Assembly (NCBI GenBank): GCA_963924565.1
Contig: OZ004612.1
Span: forward strand, 28,396,001 to 28,460,000
Origin: Ascidiella aspersa
Lineage: Eukaryota
DNA: 64,000 nucleotides
Direction: 5' to 3'
The translations under genes were made by a program, and so were the position numbers. Positions 39,392 to 53,143 of this stretch are shown piece after piece; the stretch's first letter is position 1; every line of letters begins with the position of its first letter. A model generated the notes under the pieces. It saw nothing but the letters and a program-made list of their open reading frames with translations, made no database searches and was not told the DNA's origin.

Positions 39392-40536
39392 TATAGCAGA
39401 TGTTTTTCACCGATAGATAGTAAATTATTGTATTCGTAGATAGTTCTCTTAAATGTGAAATGTTAAGCAAAAACACGTTTAACCTGACATTTTTCCATGC
39501 CAAGGTTAAGGCAATTTAATAAAAAATCAGATCTTGTAAAACAAAAAACAATTTATTGCTACTAAAGTCGCACTTATACAAATACTATTAAAATTAAAAT
39601 CTAGACGCTCTTACTGTTAATGAATTCAAGTTTAAATAAAACTGAGATATGTCTAAAGACCAAAATAAAATCTCGTCGCTTCGACTCTTACGGCCATTAA
39701 AATCAGATTTAAATAAAACTCTTTTATAATTTATTAACTGGACGCAGTGTATTAGCTTATGCAACCTAAACCTGTCTGTAAACTAAACTCTATTGTTATG
39801 GTAGCCTATAATCTTAATAGCTGCAACATCAATCACTAGGTCCTGGGTTCGTGCACTGATCACTACACTAAAGTAACCCTCACTCGCACAACTGAAATAC
39901 GACACGAACGTTTTACTTGAAAGGCCCACTATAGGCTGAATTCCTAACCTTAAGTTAACCTGTGTAACACCGCTTAGTCCACATTATTAGACTACAGAAA
40001 AATCGCACTTTGTCAGGTTAAAGCTGAAGGTTTAAATGATTCGGTTTACAATAGCATTTAACCAAAGGCTTATTAGGAACCTGAATTGCGCATCCCACAC
40101 CTTATCAGTCATTCGTACATTACTTCCTTGTGTGTTGTCCTACGTTTGTTGGGCCGTTGTGCATTTCATTAAGTTGTGCTTAACCATGAGGAAATGACTA
40201 GATTTTTTAATTACTTAAATGTTGTTCCCAGTCGGTAACCTTGGAATATTTCTATTGTTGAAAAGTTAGCTGTCACCATTAAGTTTTTCTCATTTGAAAC
40301 TAGGAAATAATTGTTGTCCACTTTATTATCCAACTAAATCTGTTCTGAGTTCACAAAATCTCATGCTTAACGTTTTTCTTCTGCTTTGTGGTTGTATAAA
40401 CGTTCCTTCCAACTATTTTACACAAACTTATTTAAAAAATGTGGTAAAAACACTAATCGAAACGGAATATTGTAATTGTACACAGTGGTTGAAACGGAAA
40501 GCAACCAATAAAAAACATAACACTGTATTTTTTTTA

Positions 40537-43368
40537 TCACTTAAAATCGTCATACAGAATATTGTTCACAACGACAGCGCAGGGATCTCCTTGTTTATTG
40601 GATTGAAGAACTGTTTCATTCCCATCCATCGCGGTATTTATGTATGCGTTTGTCTCCATGGTGTGGTAAAGAACATTGTCGACCATCTGACCATTCTGGT
40701 TCGCATCTGGTGTTTTTGGGCGGATTTGGTGCATTTTGTCTTCGCGTTTCTGTTTCGTTCTGTACCTATAAGTAAAAAAACGAACGCCAAAAATGTTAAC
40801 GTCTGTAAAGAAATCGCAAGAATTTAAACCTACTGCTTTTCATACAGCTGGGAAGTGGTAACACACGTCTTAATTTAAAAGCGATATTTTTGCAGTTATA
40901 ATCAAGATTTTGTCTGTCTTTGGTCGTTCATTTAGCGTATTTTTCTTGCGTTTAAGTAGCATGTTAAAATAACCTGAAACTAATATTTTGCTTACCATTT
41001 ACTTAACAAGTTGTTTCGTATTTACCTGAAATAAAAAACCAAAACGAGTCCCAGAATCAGCAAAGCTCCCAGAACAGCTCCTATTATTCCTCCCACCGAT
41101 GTGCTGTTGTTTCCTAAATACCATTAAACGTTTTGTTAAAACTGAAATATATCCAAAAGGTAAGGCCTGAATGACTGGGGGTTAGTGATAAAACATAGAA
41201 CAAAATACAGAAGAGTATCATTCTTTAAAATAATAAAAAGCATATTATATATTTGTTCTCAATGACCAGTAGATTGTAAACAACGAACAAATGATGTTAA
41301 CGTATATATAAAACTACACACATTATCCCTTATTTTTCTATGCATTTCGCGATACAAAAGAATTGCAGTTTAATAACATTAGTAATATTTTTACCGCTTG
41401 GTGTCGTTGTTGCGCTCTTTTTTGTCGCTGAGAAAGATTTTTTTGTTGTCACTAATGACGATGTTGTTGTAAATAATGTTGTTGGCTTTGTTTCCGTCCC
41501 TGGGGAAGGTTGCATTTCTGTCACCATGGATGAGGCTGTCGTAAATAGTGTTGTTGTTTTTGTAGCGCTGCTTGGAGGTTGCTTGTTCGTTGTATTATCT
41601 AAGCCGGTTAAAACACTAAAATAAGTTTTCCTAAACAGTTGACATATTTTAACCACACAATTTTTAACTTCGTCTTCGCCCCCTATCTGCAGATAAACAT
41701 TGATTTACTTTTGGTTTAGTAAGATTTTTTAATAAATTTTATATTTAAAAATATTATGTCACGTAATAATATCACTCCTGTGGCATCTTTACATAGTTCA
41801 GAGTGCTTCTGTTTTTTTTAAGGTACTGGCACACATGATTTATTTATTTTAACACCAGTGCAAACATAATGCTATTATATCAAATATGAAACCCACTAAA
41901 TCAGTGATTCGTAAACTTGCGCCCCAGCACACCGGTAACAAATTGTACGTTCTTGCCTGAAACGTTAACCACGTTGTACTGCAGACGAAATCCCATTCTT
42001 CCGTTATGGCTGTTGGAGTAGAAATACACGTTGTTCAGTGAGTTGTTTCGCACCACATACGTAATATGTCCTTTGCACACCGATTTTATACCAGCTTCGC
42101 TCTGCACTTGTGTTTTAACGTGCTTAAGCACAAAGCACGTGGTCGGCAGGTCATTTGATCCACAGATGTAAAGTTGCCGTCCTATGTTGCGTGGGCACAA
42201 AATACTGGTTAAGGTTCGTTTAACACAAATGAAATGGTGTACAAGTTATGGTCACTAATTTTAGAGGTAAATCAAATAATAAATTAAACACCTAAAGGTA
42301 AGTAAATTCGAAAAATTTAGTAGGTTAAAAATTAACTGATAAAAAAACTTTTTTTTAAAAACATGTCCTCTTTAAAAGAACTGCAAATAAGCCTTAAGTT
42401 TAGAATTAGATCCATATCATTACTTACAACTATTACATCTCGAAACCACAGTAAATTACTATGTCTCAAAACTCATTTAAAATGGCTATATGTGCCAGCT
42501 AGTTTACATAAAAGCTCTTAATACTTACCATGTTGTAGTGTTATGTAGTCAACGCATTTCGAACTCGTTTTGCTCACACAAAAAGGTGTCGTACATAATG
42601 CCGATTTTATAACAATAAGGGTAGTAAACTTAATGACAACAGCTTGGTATTTGTCATCTACTGTAAAGTTCCATAGGCACGTTTGGGAATCCGGATAATG
42701 GTTAGGATAATTCGGTGAGGTGATGACCCCTGATTTGTTGTTAATCTCTGGTGTTTGAACGGCGCACGTGAGAATGGCACCATTGACTGTAAAACAGCTG
42801 ACACCTGTCATAATAAACAGCCTCAGTTAGATTTTTATTTTGGAAATACTATGCATACAGAATTTGGCCTAAATATATGTAGATTAGCCCTAGCGTTTTA
42901 TGTTGGCTACGCAATATTGCTGGGGTAAAATTATTTATTTTTTAAAGGCCAATGTTAACTCAGACCTTGTTTAGCGATCCGCGTTTCAAACAATTACCGG
43001 TTGGATAACAAACTTTTAAAGATATTTCTTTGCGATCCTTCCTTTATTTTTGGTTTCTAAGCTGCTATTCAAGCGCATTAGCCCTATTTTCCGATCAATT
43101 TGTCACACAATTAGACTTGGCAAAATACTTGGATATTTCAGCTTGACAGAAAATTAACGCTGGTTGAGTTCCAATTAAAATTTGTTTTCTTTTATATATT
43201 TTCAGTATTAAAATTGATACTTTAAAACCTAAATATCAGTCAGTTAAAAATTTGTTTCTAAAATACTACACTATTCTCCACTATAGTTGCCATATTACCC
43301 CCTGTATTACCCCCTGTATTAGACATACCTGCTGTGATAACAATTGTTATCAACGCGTTTTCCAACAT
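40537..43368 (-). CDS. Receptor gene J: CUB domain, mucin stalk, TM, Tyr tail (close paralog of K)
   Basis: Exons 43329-43368, 42529-42804 (SGVITSPNYPNHYPDSQTCLWNF), 41957-42181 (GC donor), 41395-41598, 41026-41113 (TM), 40537-40765 (MVDNVLY, VVNNILY). Confidence 0.9.
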
Positions 43369-45098
43369 CCTTGTCAATGTAATCAGATTCGAATTATGCG
43401 ATGTAACTCACAAGAACAGTTCAATTCTTTACTATTGTCTTCACTAAGTTCTAAGCAAGCGAATTGTTCTACTAAAGTACTGTATGTAGTGTTCCTAAAC
43501 GTAGGACGCTTTGATAATTTCCTTATTGAGGCCTTTGTGCAATGTGCATGTTTAAAAGTAGGAAGTAACCCTCGTTTGTCATTTCATGTTGCCTCAGTTA
43601 ACCTGCAGTTATTAATCTGCATATCTTACGTCAACTTCATTTTCAAACTTAAGACACATCATTTGACCACATTGTTTTAAAAAAATTGATTTGGTTATTG
43701 ACATACAGTGTGGTTTGTAATTTATTTTTGCTGGTTCTCTTTTCTTCACATATAGTCTTCTATTTTACCAATTGTTCAGTTTATTTTATTATTCATAGGC
43801 ATTTTTTCTACTCTGGGGATCTAACTTATGATTTATCATTAGGCCACATCCAACAAAATTGATTTCGGTTGCTGACATACAGAATTTAAATTATTTTTAT
43901 TTTTATCTTCATTATAGAAGTAAAAATAATAAAATAAAGTTTTGTTTTACTGATAATAACACGTCGAACTGTTATAAAAAAATGGCAAATTGAAGTGGCT
44001 AATTTTATTGGGCTGTTTAAAGATTCTGACGTGTAATAAAGTAATGAAGGTATTTTGAAGAACCCCAAGTTAAGGTACTTTGAAGAACCACAGAAAACAT
44101 AAATTACAACGCAATAACAAGGCCTTAAGTAACAAATTATAACGCCATAAGTAATAAACCGGTGTTACGAGTTATGTAAACTTCTCTACGTTTTACATAA
44201 AGCAAAAAGGTGGCTAATTACATTCGTATGTGGATATATTAAAAAAATAAAGCAGGAGCGATAATACTGCTTTACAAAGTAACCAAGTAAAGTACACAGT
44301 GAAGCGATTTTACAAATCTGAATATCTGGACACTAGTCCTTCGCTTTACTAGAAATACCTAAATCAGGAGTCATTAAATAGTGTATACGTTGTTGAAAGG
44401 TCAAAAAATGTCCAGCCAATGTAAACAAGTTATTCGTTGATGTATGTATATAAATATATATTGAATGAATGCTTAGGCATTTGGAAATTTAGCAATATAA
44501 ATAGGCTGAGTGATCTCCAGCTATATAAAAAAATAATAGGGCCTATAGCTTAGTTCTGCAAAGAAAACGTTGGCTTACATATACAGTATAATTCTTATGA
44601 AATACAGGCGTATATTCTCGAAAAATAAAAAAGGATGAATTACATTTGGCAGTGTGGAAATGCCAAAAAGTGGAGGTATCCAACTTGTATACCTAACACT
44701 AGTGGCACGACAGTGCATTCTGGTGTTATGCGAAGTTAAGAAATGTAACATAAGCATTGGTAAATTTTATCAAAAAGGTTGTTTTCAAACCACGAGATCG
44801 GAAAAGGGTAAAAAGTAAGAAAAAACGCCAACATAAAGCGTGACTGTAAAACGCCACTTAGTGGAAGGAGTTCATAAAAGGTTGAAAATCACTGCTGTAA
44901 AACAAAAAAAAGCGTAAAAAATAAACGTTATAGACAAGTTTTTGTTTTTGTAATACGCGAAGCATATATACTAGGCAAACGTTGGTCCTTTTGGCCGGAA
45001 GAACAATTTTACAATTGAAACAATGCCTGGCAGCAACAGTGTATTCGCAGAGCGTGTAAAACGTAGCGTTTTCTATGAAAAAGTTTGTTTTCAACCAT

Positions 45099-47859
45099 TT
45101 ATGTCGCCTGAAAGCCGTCATACAAAACATTGTCGACAACTTGCCGCTCGTTCTTGTTCGACTTATCAACTACAGCATAAAGATCATCCGGTTTATTGCT
45201 GGGAGGAACAACGTTGTTACTTCCGGGTTCAGGGGCTTTATTTTCTCTCGTATTGACGTAAACCGTTGCCTCTGACGTGTCGTAAATAACGTTGTCAACC
45301 ATATGACCATTCCGGTTCGGTTGTGGTGCGTTTGTTTGGTTGGCTGGCGAGCGATTGGTAATGTTTTGATGCAAAGGCAAGTTTTCCGTCGGTTTATTCT
45401 GCTTTCTACACCTAGAAAATCACAATCAGTTTAAATAGCCAACATACACATTTTAACGCGGTATATACGAGAGGAATTGTAAATTATATAACCCATTAAT
45501 TAATTTAAACTACGTTATTTTGCAGTTTATTACCTGGTTACCTTAAATAACAAACATTATTAATTATGATACAGCTAAGGATATATTCTGTTAAGTTTAT
45601 CTACCACGTTAAACAGTTTTTACCAGTGTAGGTAAAATGAAGAAAAAATGTTTAACAAGACGCAGTAAGAATATCGAAGCCCATTCAGAAGTAGGTAGCA
45701 TTTTTAACGTTCCGAATATCTATTTATCCCAACATGATTAGAAGTCACTGATATAAATACCCTATATTTATTCACAGCAATAAGAATGCATGTCGCTGAT
45801 AACAGATAGGCTAAGACCCATCCACATGACTCAGATATTCAAAATAAATAGTGGTGTTGAGAACAGGAATTTAGTTAACATTAAACCTAAGTGGCCCGTC
45901 TTTATTGGAAACATTTTTAAACTATATAAATACACATAATATTGAACAAATTATCACATAATATTCTTACCTCAAGTAGAACACGAGAACCATTATGAAT
46001 ATAAGTCCAACGACCACTCCAACCACTGCCCCGATTATTCCGCCATATGATGCAGCTGCATTATCTATAATCGAATTCAAAATTAAAAACACAAGAATCC
46101 GGACCTAACCGGCCTTGAGTAGCCTAAAGTACTTTCCTAACTAGTCTTAAATCTTAAAGTTAATGTAGCTATAAGATTACCCGGTAAATAGTAATGAGTA
46201 TAGTCGTTATTTCTTCCTAATTAGAAATGTTGGTCCATTAAACTAAGTGTTGTTTTCTCATTTGTTTGTTTTACTCTCAAAATCAGTGTTAAACCGCATG
46301 CTACAAAGAGTAATAACCAAAACCTATTTACCGCCAGGCGATGAGTTTTCTTTGACTGTTGTCGTCATGGGCGATTTAGTTGACGTCAAGGGCGGTATTG
46401 CTGTCGATGACGTTGTCGTTGACGTCATTGATGACGTAGTTGCTGAAGATAATGGTATTGAAGTGGTAGTTGTTGAACTTGTGGCTGTGTTTGTGGTTGA
46501 TGTAGCTGTTGGTGTTGTGGTTGTTGTTGGTGTTGTGGTTGTTGTTGGTGTTGTTGTAGTAGTAGTAGTAGTGGTAGTAGTTGTTGTTGTTGTGGTTGTT
46601 GATGTTGTTGTTTTTGGTGTAGTTGCAGCTTAACATTGTATAACTATATGTTAAAATTACGTTCTCGTCGTAAGTATTGACACTGAATAAAAATTACTGT
46701 TCACGCAATAAACAATATTTGGCATTTACTATCACCTTTTCTGGCACATATACGCTGTTTGGTAAGTAATGGATTACGTGCATGTTAGTCCACTATACAA
46801 ACTGGACCACAAAGGTTTAGAAATATTTAGGAGTATTTAAAAACAAAATACCGTAGTTCGGCTAAAAGGCTACTTGAAATTTAATAAACACGGGTAATAC
46901 AATGGGGCTTCATCTTTAACGTAATGTAATACTTTACGTGTTTACCTGAAACGTTTACTACGTTGAACTTGAGACTGAATCCCTTTCGTGTGCTTCCACT
47001 GTCGGAGTAGAAATATACGTTGTTTGGTGAGCTGATTGTTTCTACATATGTATGTCCCCTGCAAGCTGGTGGTATACCAGCTGTATTTTCAACTTGAGTT
47101 GTCACATGCTTTAGCACAAAGCACGTTGGGGGTGGCGAATTTCCACAGATGATCAAATGCCGTCCAGAGTTTCCTAATCACAATTGGTAAACTAAGCCAC
47201 ACTGATGTATCACGAAATAAAACCGTTTACGATGGCACTTTAAATTGGCCGTATTACTTTTGTTAGGGCTCACTGGTTATGGTTACTCACCTTCGTCTTG
47301 AAGCGTCAGATGGTCGATGCATTTCGACACATTACTGGCGCAATATGGTGTTTTACATGAGACTCCTTTTAAAACCTTAAGATCGGTTATCTGAATAACA
47401 ACAACTTGGTAATTGTCGTTCGCTCTAAATGACCATCTGCATGCTTGGTATGGTGGATAGTTGTTGGGATAGTTCGGTGAAGTAATAACCCCTGCCGGTG
47501 TATTTGATGTCCAGGCTGTGTCGACCGCACAGGAAAGTCCATCTGTTAGACTTGTAAAAGCACCTATATACAATAATAACAGTTACATGAAAGCACATAT
47601 ATACAGCAATCACAGCTACCTAAAAGTACCTATATATAACAATCACAATTACACATTTTATTGTTGTATTTTTTTTTGTTGCTATTCTATCGCATTACAG
47701 ACATTTTGGATTGGCTTAATTAACAAACTTACTTACATTCATGATATATCCATGTGTGCATTTTTATTCTAAATAGCATCTTTTTATCTGGTAGCCATTA
47801 CATTTAGTTTACATACCTGTAATAACAGCCATAACCAGTAGAGAAACATAATCCAACAT
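45099..47859 (-). CDS. Receptor gene K: CUB domain, long poly-Thr mucin stalk, TM, Tyr tail
   Basis: Exons 47817-47859, 47291-47563 (GVITSPNYPNNYPPYQACRWSF), 46946-47173 (FYSDSGSTRKGFSLKF), 46332-46628 (99-aa Thr-rich), 45971-46064 (TM), 45099-45411 (MVDNVIY, VYVN, LYAVV, VVDNVLY). Confidence 0.92.
47555..47653. repeat. 3 x 33-bp tandem repeat overlapping the gene K exon-2 acceptor
   Basis: taaaagcacctatatacaataataacagttaca / tgaaagcacatatatacagcaatcacagctacc / taaaagtacctatatataacaatcacaattaca. Confidence 0.85.
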
Positions 47860-49049
47860 CTTTAAGTCGTAGTTACCACAATTTTTCTTCCCTCATAGTC
47901 TTTAACTCGCTATCTACTATTTGCTGCTGGAATAATTTCTACTATATATCCTCTTGCACGGTAAAAGCTGTATACATTTAGTTTAGGTTTCCTTGTGGTG
48001 ACGCTACTATAGGTTGTTAGTCATAGGATCTACATCCGGGGTAGTCATTCTACGATGAACTATGTTACCTTGTCGCTATCGAGTTGTAACTCTAAGGTAA
48101 CTTATATAACGAGTTCCAGTTGAGTTTAAGACCGTTGGTTTAAATCACCTTAAATATTCAAAATTTCTCATGGATATGTTGCACTTTTTTCATAAACCTT
48201 GTACCATACCAACAAAATACAAGTATAAATCTATATAGTGAATCTAACATAACATTGATGTTCTTATAATTGTAGTTAAAGCTCCGAAAACACGTCTAGG
48301 AATCTGTTAGTAACAGCTGGTTATTGTCCTGTTTCCTTGACGTCACTTTCGTGTGATGACGTATTGCATCCTGACTCGAAATCGCCCACCGTGATTCAAC
48401 TGTATACTTGCCTTACAGATATATACTGCTTGCTTTGTTCAAAATACCCGCCACCAGCAATACTTACTAAAGCAAAAGGGTGTTTCATAATTTAAGTTTA
48501 TAAAATACACTGTAGATGTTAAACAAAAATAACACAATAGCCAACGAAAAGGCGTTAGTAATACTGTACGAGTATTTATGTATAGAAACCATATGCTGTT
48601 AATAGCAGATATTACGAAAGCAAGATTTCGAAAAATGTCACTTCATATAAAATCCTTAATTAACGGTACATTAAGAACTAGTTATACCCGTAAGCTTTTC
48701 AGATCTAATGATGAGTTTAGAAAAATAAACGCAAGTGTAGTATTAACGCGGCTGCCCTAAGCTATCTTTGTCTTTGCCACAATAAATCGACCTACAGTTG
48801 AAATCTACAGTCTTAAAGCGAGGATTTTATGCATTTTTGGCCTTAAGCATAAATCAATTTACCAAAATCGTGTGGTACCAAACGATGTAAAATGCCAATA
48901 AAAGTATGGGACCAGGAAGAGACGAGTTCTCTAAAACAATGCTTTCTCTTCGCACTAATCAAATTTGGCTTTTCATTTTATTTTATTTGTTCATGGTCAA
49001 CACCAGTGTTCATTTTTTGTCCTTATTTTACTCTTTTCCTATTGTTTTC

Positions 49050-52000
49050 TTATTTCCCAAAAGTGCTTGTTGTTCCTTGCTCAGCAAAGTGATGCGAGTT
49101 ACGATCCCTCTTCAAGAAAAGGACGTCTCCTATCACGATCCTATCCTCCTCCTGAACTTCACTAGAGACCTCCATCTTGATCTTATCTTCCTTCGGACCT
49201 TTCTCGACCGTTGCGTAGATTGGGATTTCTGGAGGAGTGGCGGATGTAAACGTCTCCTCCTCCTTGAATTTGTCCTCTTGCTTCCGCTGTCTTCTGAATG
49301 TTGAAGGCTTTCCCTCCCATCTTCGGAACATCGTCCCGTAGCGAAAGTCTCCAGGAGTATAAGTGCTCTCCCGCATCCGATCTTTTAACTTATCTTCATT
49401 TCTAAGAAAGGAAAATTGATGTCAACTGTTCGCTATTTATATACGGGTGAAAAGACTCATTTTTGAGCTGGATTTACTTAACAGATGTAGTATATTGCTA
49501 AAATGTATGAACTGAAACATTCATAAACAGAATGTGTATAATCTGTAATCAAGGCCTTCATGAGCCGTAATGACATTATATTGGTTACCAGTTGCCTAAG
49601 AAAGGAATAAATCAGTCGGTAATACAGGCTGTTGGTCCCCCCTTAAATGAGGTTTTACGTACTAATAGGATGCAGCAGGCAACGGCGCTACCAGCTACCA
49701 CTGAGTCTATGTAGCTCGGTTGTTAAAGTGACGGTCCAGTATGGCCAGAGGTCGTGAGTTCGAACCTCTTCACAGGCTAGTTAGTTAGGCCAAGTGATTT
49801 CGGTAAGTTTTTTCTAGGCCACACGTTACTATTATCAGAAGAAAATTATCTTTAGTGGTATTTAAAATTGCGCTTAAAAATTAGATACTAACCATGATGA
49901 TATAAGGTATCTTTATGTTTTAAAGGTCTTTTTAAACTGCCTTTCAATTTACTATATTTGGTTTGATTTACGTGGCAGCATTTGAATCACGTAATTTATT
50001 ACGTCGTGGATATCTGTGTATAGGCAAACGCTGATCGTGGGTTAACTGAGTTGCATTTATTCATAGCTACGTCATCGCTATTTGGAAATGTATTATGATC
50101 TTTTGGGCGCAACCTTTTCCGTGATATATCACGATGTGATTAATGTACACTTTGTTTATACTTTCTTACCGGCCATCTAAGCCTTGATACCTAATGTCAC
50201 AGTCACCCAACTACTAATAAAGCTACTGCAAAATAGGTTATTACGCTTACCTCTGCATTGTAATGCAAATGCACACAAGGAGTAGAATAAGAAATGCAAA
50301 TCCGCCGATGGTTGCTCCTATTATAGTTGGCACTAGTGAGTCAGTTGAAGCACCAGCTAACGTGGTGGTGTCTTTTGTTTTTGCTACTATTGTAGTAGTG
50401 GTTGGCACTGCGAAAAAACAGGTTTACATTTGTCACGTTACTTGTATGGGCAATAGAAATTTTCTACAACGTGAAGTATTTACTTATTACAAAGTTGTTT
50501 GTAGAAGGAATATCATAGCCAATACAGAACTATATATTTTAAACGTTTCGAATAATACTTTATTCATTTTTTAACATGGTAAAGACAGCACTGATTTAAT
50601 GTATGTACAGGATTCGAAATATTAACCAAATGCCATCCAATTTTGTTTATAGTTTCATATTCGTTCTACGTCTAACTACAACCTCCAGCCATTATGCTCC
50701 AAAGTTGTTAAGTTTACAAAAAAAAACAATTTATGTTTTCGTAACCCCTGTATAAGAATGTTTACAAAGGCAACTGAAGGCTTTGAAGTGTGAGAATGAA
50801 TATGGGTATGAAGGGGCATTTATCGTTCTTAATATTCGATTAAAACCTATACTGTCTAAGGTGGTTAATTAGGCATGCTGTATTTCATGAATTGTCCTTA
50901 ATGAAAGCAATGATGTGATTTTATGGTTCAACCAACTTTTTCCTGGATCCGAATAAGCTGAGCTAGCTGAAGGGTTATCCGTGACACTTGTGCGTGTTCT
51001 TGTCAGTCGCAAGTCTAAATTCAAAGTAAAAAAGTACCAAAACAAAACCTTTTCTTCAGACTATAACAACACTTTTTCGGAACTATATTTTTAACCCAAA
51101 ATCGTTCGGCCCAAATTTGCTACATTCAACACGTTTTTCAAATTACATAATCCTGTACATAAACTAAAGCGCAAAAACTTTGTTTAAATACCTCTTAGGC
51201 ATTCCGCTGTCTTATATGCGAGGCGAAATCCTTTTCCCTGTTCTGCTGCATTGGCGTAGAAGGCAAGTTGATAAGCCGATCTATTGGTGAATATGTATTC
51301 CCTTTGTTCGTGTCTGCACAGGTCTGGGATGTTAACGCACTGTAGAGGGTCTATTAGCTTCGTGAAAAGAACGTAGCACACCTTGGGTACAGTCTTGCCG
51401 CACAGGGCATAGCGCGGTTCTGTGAATATAAGCAACAAATGGAAGGGTTTCTAATTGCTCAATTGGTTGTTTTTCAGAAACTGTACGTTAAATCAAAATT
51501 ATAGCCTTGCGCTTGTAAACAAATGACCACAACTACTGAGAATGAAAGCAAATTAGTAAAGACTGTGTTTGACCAAATTAGTAAAGACTGCGTTTGACCT
51601 AATTAGTAAAGACTGTGTTGACTCGAAGTAATATTAAAAGTCATTTACTTTCTAGAAAATCAAAAAAATGTCCTTCTTCGAATACCGGTTATAGATTTAA
51701 TTAGGACAGTTTCTCAAATTTTATCTATTCAAAAACTATTATTCAACAATTAAAAAAGTCATTTATTAAACTTTTTCAACTTTTTGGTACTTGCCGTACT
51801 AACATGTCGTTAACTCTAAATTTGGTTCTGTATTTGTTTTTGTATGTCTATTTAACATTTCGACGTAGTTGTTGTCACAAACATAGTAATTTTATCGCTT
51901 TGTTGCGAGCTTTGGCGCAAAACGTAACCTAAGCCTCTGAGATATCACATTTCAAATGTTCGAAAAAGTAAAAAACAAAGGCTCAAGCAGCATATCGACC

Positions 52001-53143
52001 GTGCATTGCGAGTAGAAATGTACGCAAATAAAATCTTTGGTATTATAAACGAAAAACGGTTGTTTTTGTTAATTAAAACAGAAAACAAGGCTGATTCGAC
52101 CTTTCGAGATTTTCTTTATCGAGTTTATATCGTTACAAACATCAAACGGAACCATTGCTGCCGAGATATCACGTTAAACCGCTTAGGCTGCAGCTCGCAA
52201 TGTATTACGAGTAGGAATAAACTTCGTAAAAACTCAAATCTTTAAATATATACAAAAACGTCTTAATCTGTACAGAAAACGACTTGCGCCTTTTTCTGCT
52301 AAATTTTCAATACTGAGTGCAGTTGAAACCTAAATGAAATCGGTGATACAACATTCTGAAAACCCGAATCAATTTAACGTACCCACTCCAATGTTGACGT
52401 CATCAATGCACAGCTCCCCTTTTAAGTCGTTGCAGTACCCCGGGTCCAGGGGGCAGTTATCCGGGTTCTCCTGCACCCCCAATTCCTCGAAGTGTAAAAT
52501 AATGACGTCATTGGCCGGGTCGGCCAGAAAGGTCCAAGTGCACATCTGGTTTGGGGGGTAAGTCTGGCCCAGGCCGTACATAGGCGACTGAATGTGTCCC
52601 TCTCTGTTTGCTACTGATAGTTGCTCGGTTGGTATTCCGCATGTTAGCAGGGTAGCGCATCGGCAGCCTAAAATATTTACAAAAAATCGGTGCAGCTAAA
52701 TTACGGTTTATGGTAGGCCTACGTACAAAATCGTCTCTGGTGCACATTTTAGGATTTTGTTTTTTTCCACTTTGAAAATATACCAATAGTAGCTTTAAAG
52801 AAACAAGTATAACATAAAAAGATTATTTTAAACAGGAAACACTTTTCTAATTGCTTGCTACAAAATGTAAATAAATCTATCCTAATACTTTAACGACCCT
52901 CCAGATTTGTGATAGTTTAAATAGTTCCCTTAAATGCACAAAGCTTCTTAAGGCCCCTTACTGTGCACCAAAGCATACCTTTTATTTAGTTAAATTTAAA
53001 TTATCTTTTGCAGCCTCTTATCATGTTAAACGCTCAATAAAATATTTTAAAATTCACCGAAAAGTATAACTATAGAAAGAAAGGAACTACTCACAGTTTA
53101 AAAGTGTAAAAATAACCACAGAAACCAATCCCTTGTATTCCAT
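49050..53143 (-). CDS. Receptor gene L: CUB domain, stalk, TM, charged tail with IYATV and no NxLY
   Basis: Exons 53095-53143 (signal MEYKGLVSVVIFTLLN), 52383-52667 (GHIQSPMYGLGQTYPPNQMCTWTF), 51192-51419 (GKGFRLAY), 50937-51014, 50251-50407 (TM IIGATIGGFAFLILLLVCICI), 49050-49401. Confidence 0.9.
49704..49790 (+). mobile_element. tRNA-derived SINE
   Basis: A-box-like tagctcggttg and B-box gagttcgaacc at tRNA-like spacing; dispersed related copies occur in the window. Confidence 0.65.
51550..51622. repeat. 3 x 25-bp intronic tandem repeat
   Basis: aattagtaaagactgtgtttgacc repeated three times with small variants. Confidence 0.85.

Noticed and set aside
46247-46633. Plus-strand poly-Val hydrophobic ORF (likewise 21364-21564, 41340-41624, 55759-56058, 60643-60852)
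   Set aside because: These are antisense shadows of the Thr-rich stalk exons on the minus strand.
42529-47563. Assigning gene symbols such as CUBN, NRP, BMP1/TLL, CDCP1 or DCBLD
   Set aside because: The single CUB + mucin + TM architecture and the tails do not match those genes; only the domain is shared.
49704-49790. tRNA gene
   Set aside because: It has A/B-box similarity only, no complete cloverleaf, and dispersed degenerate copies indicate a SINE.
51550-51622. Short direct repeats (also 27338-27402, 47555-47653) as CRISPR-like arrays
   Set aside because: They are head-to-tail with no unique spacers, in eukaryotic introns, with no cas genes.
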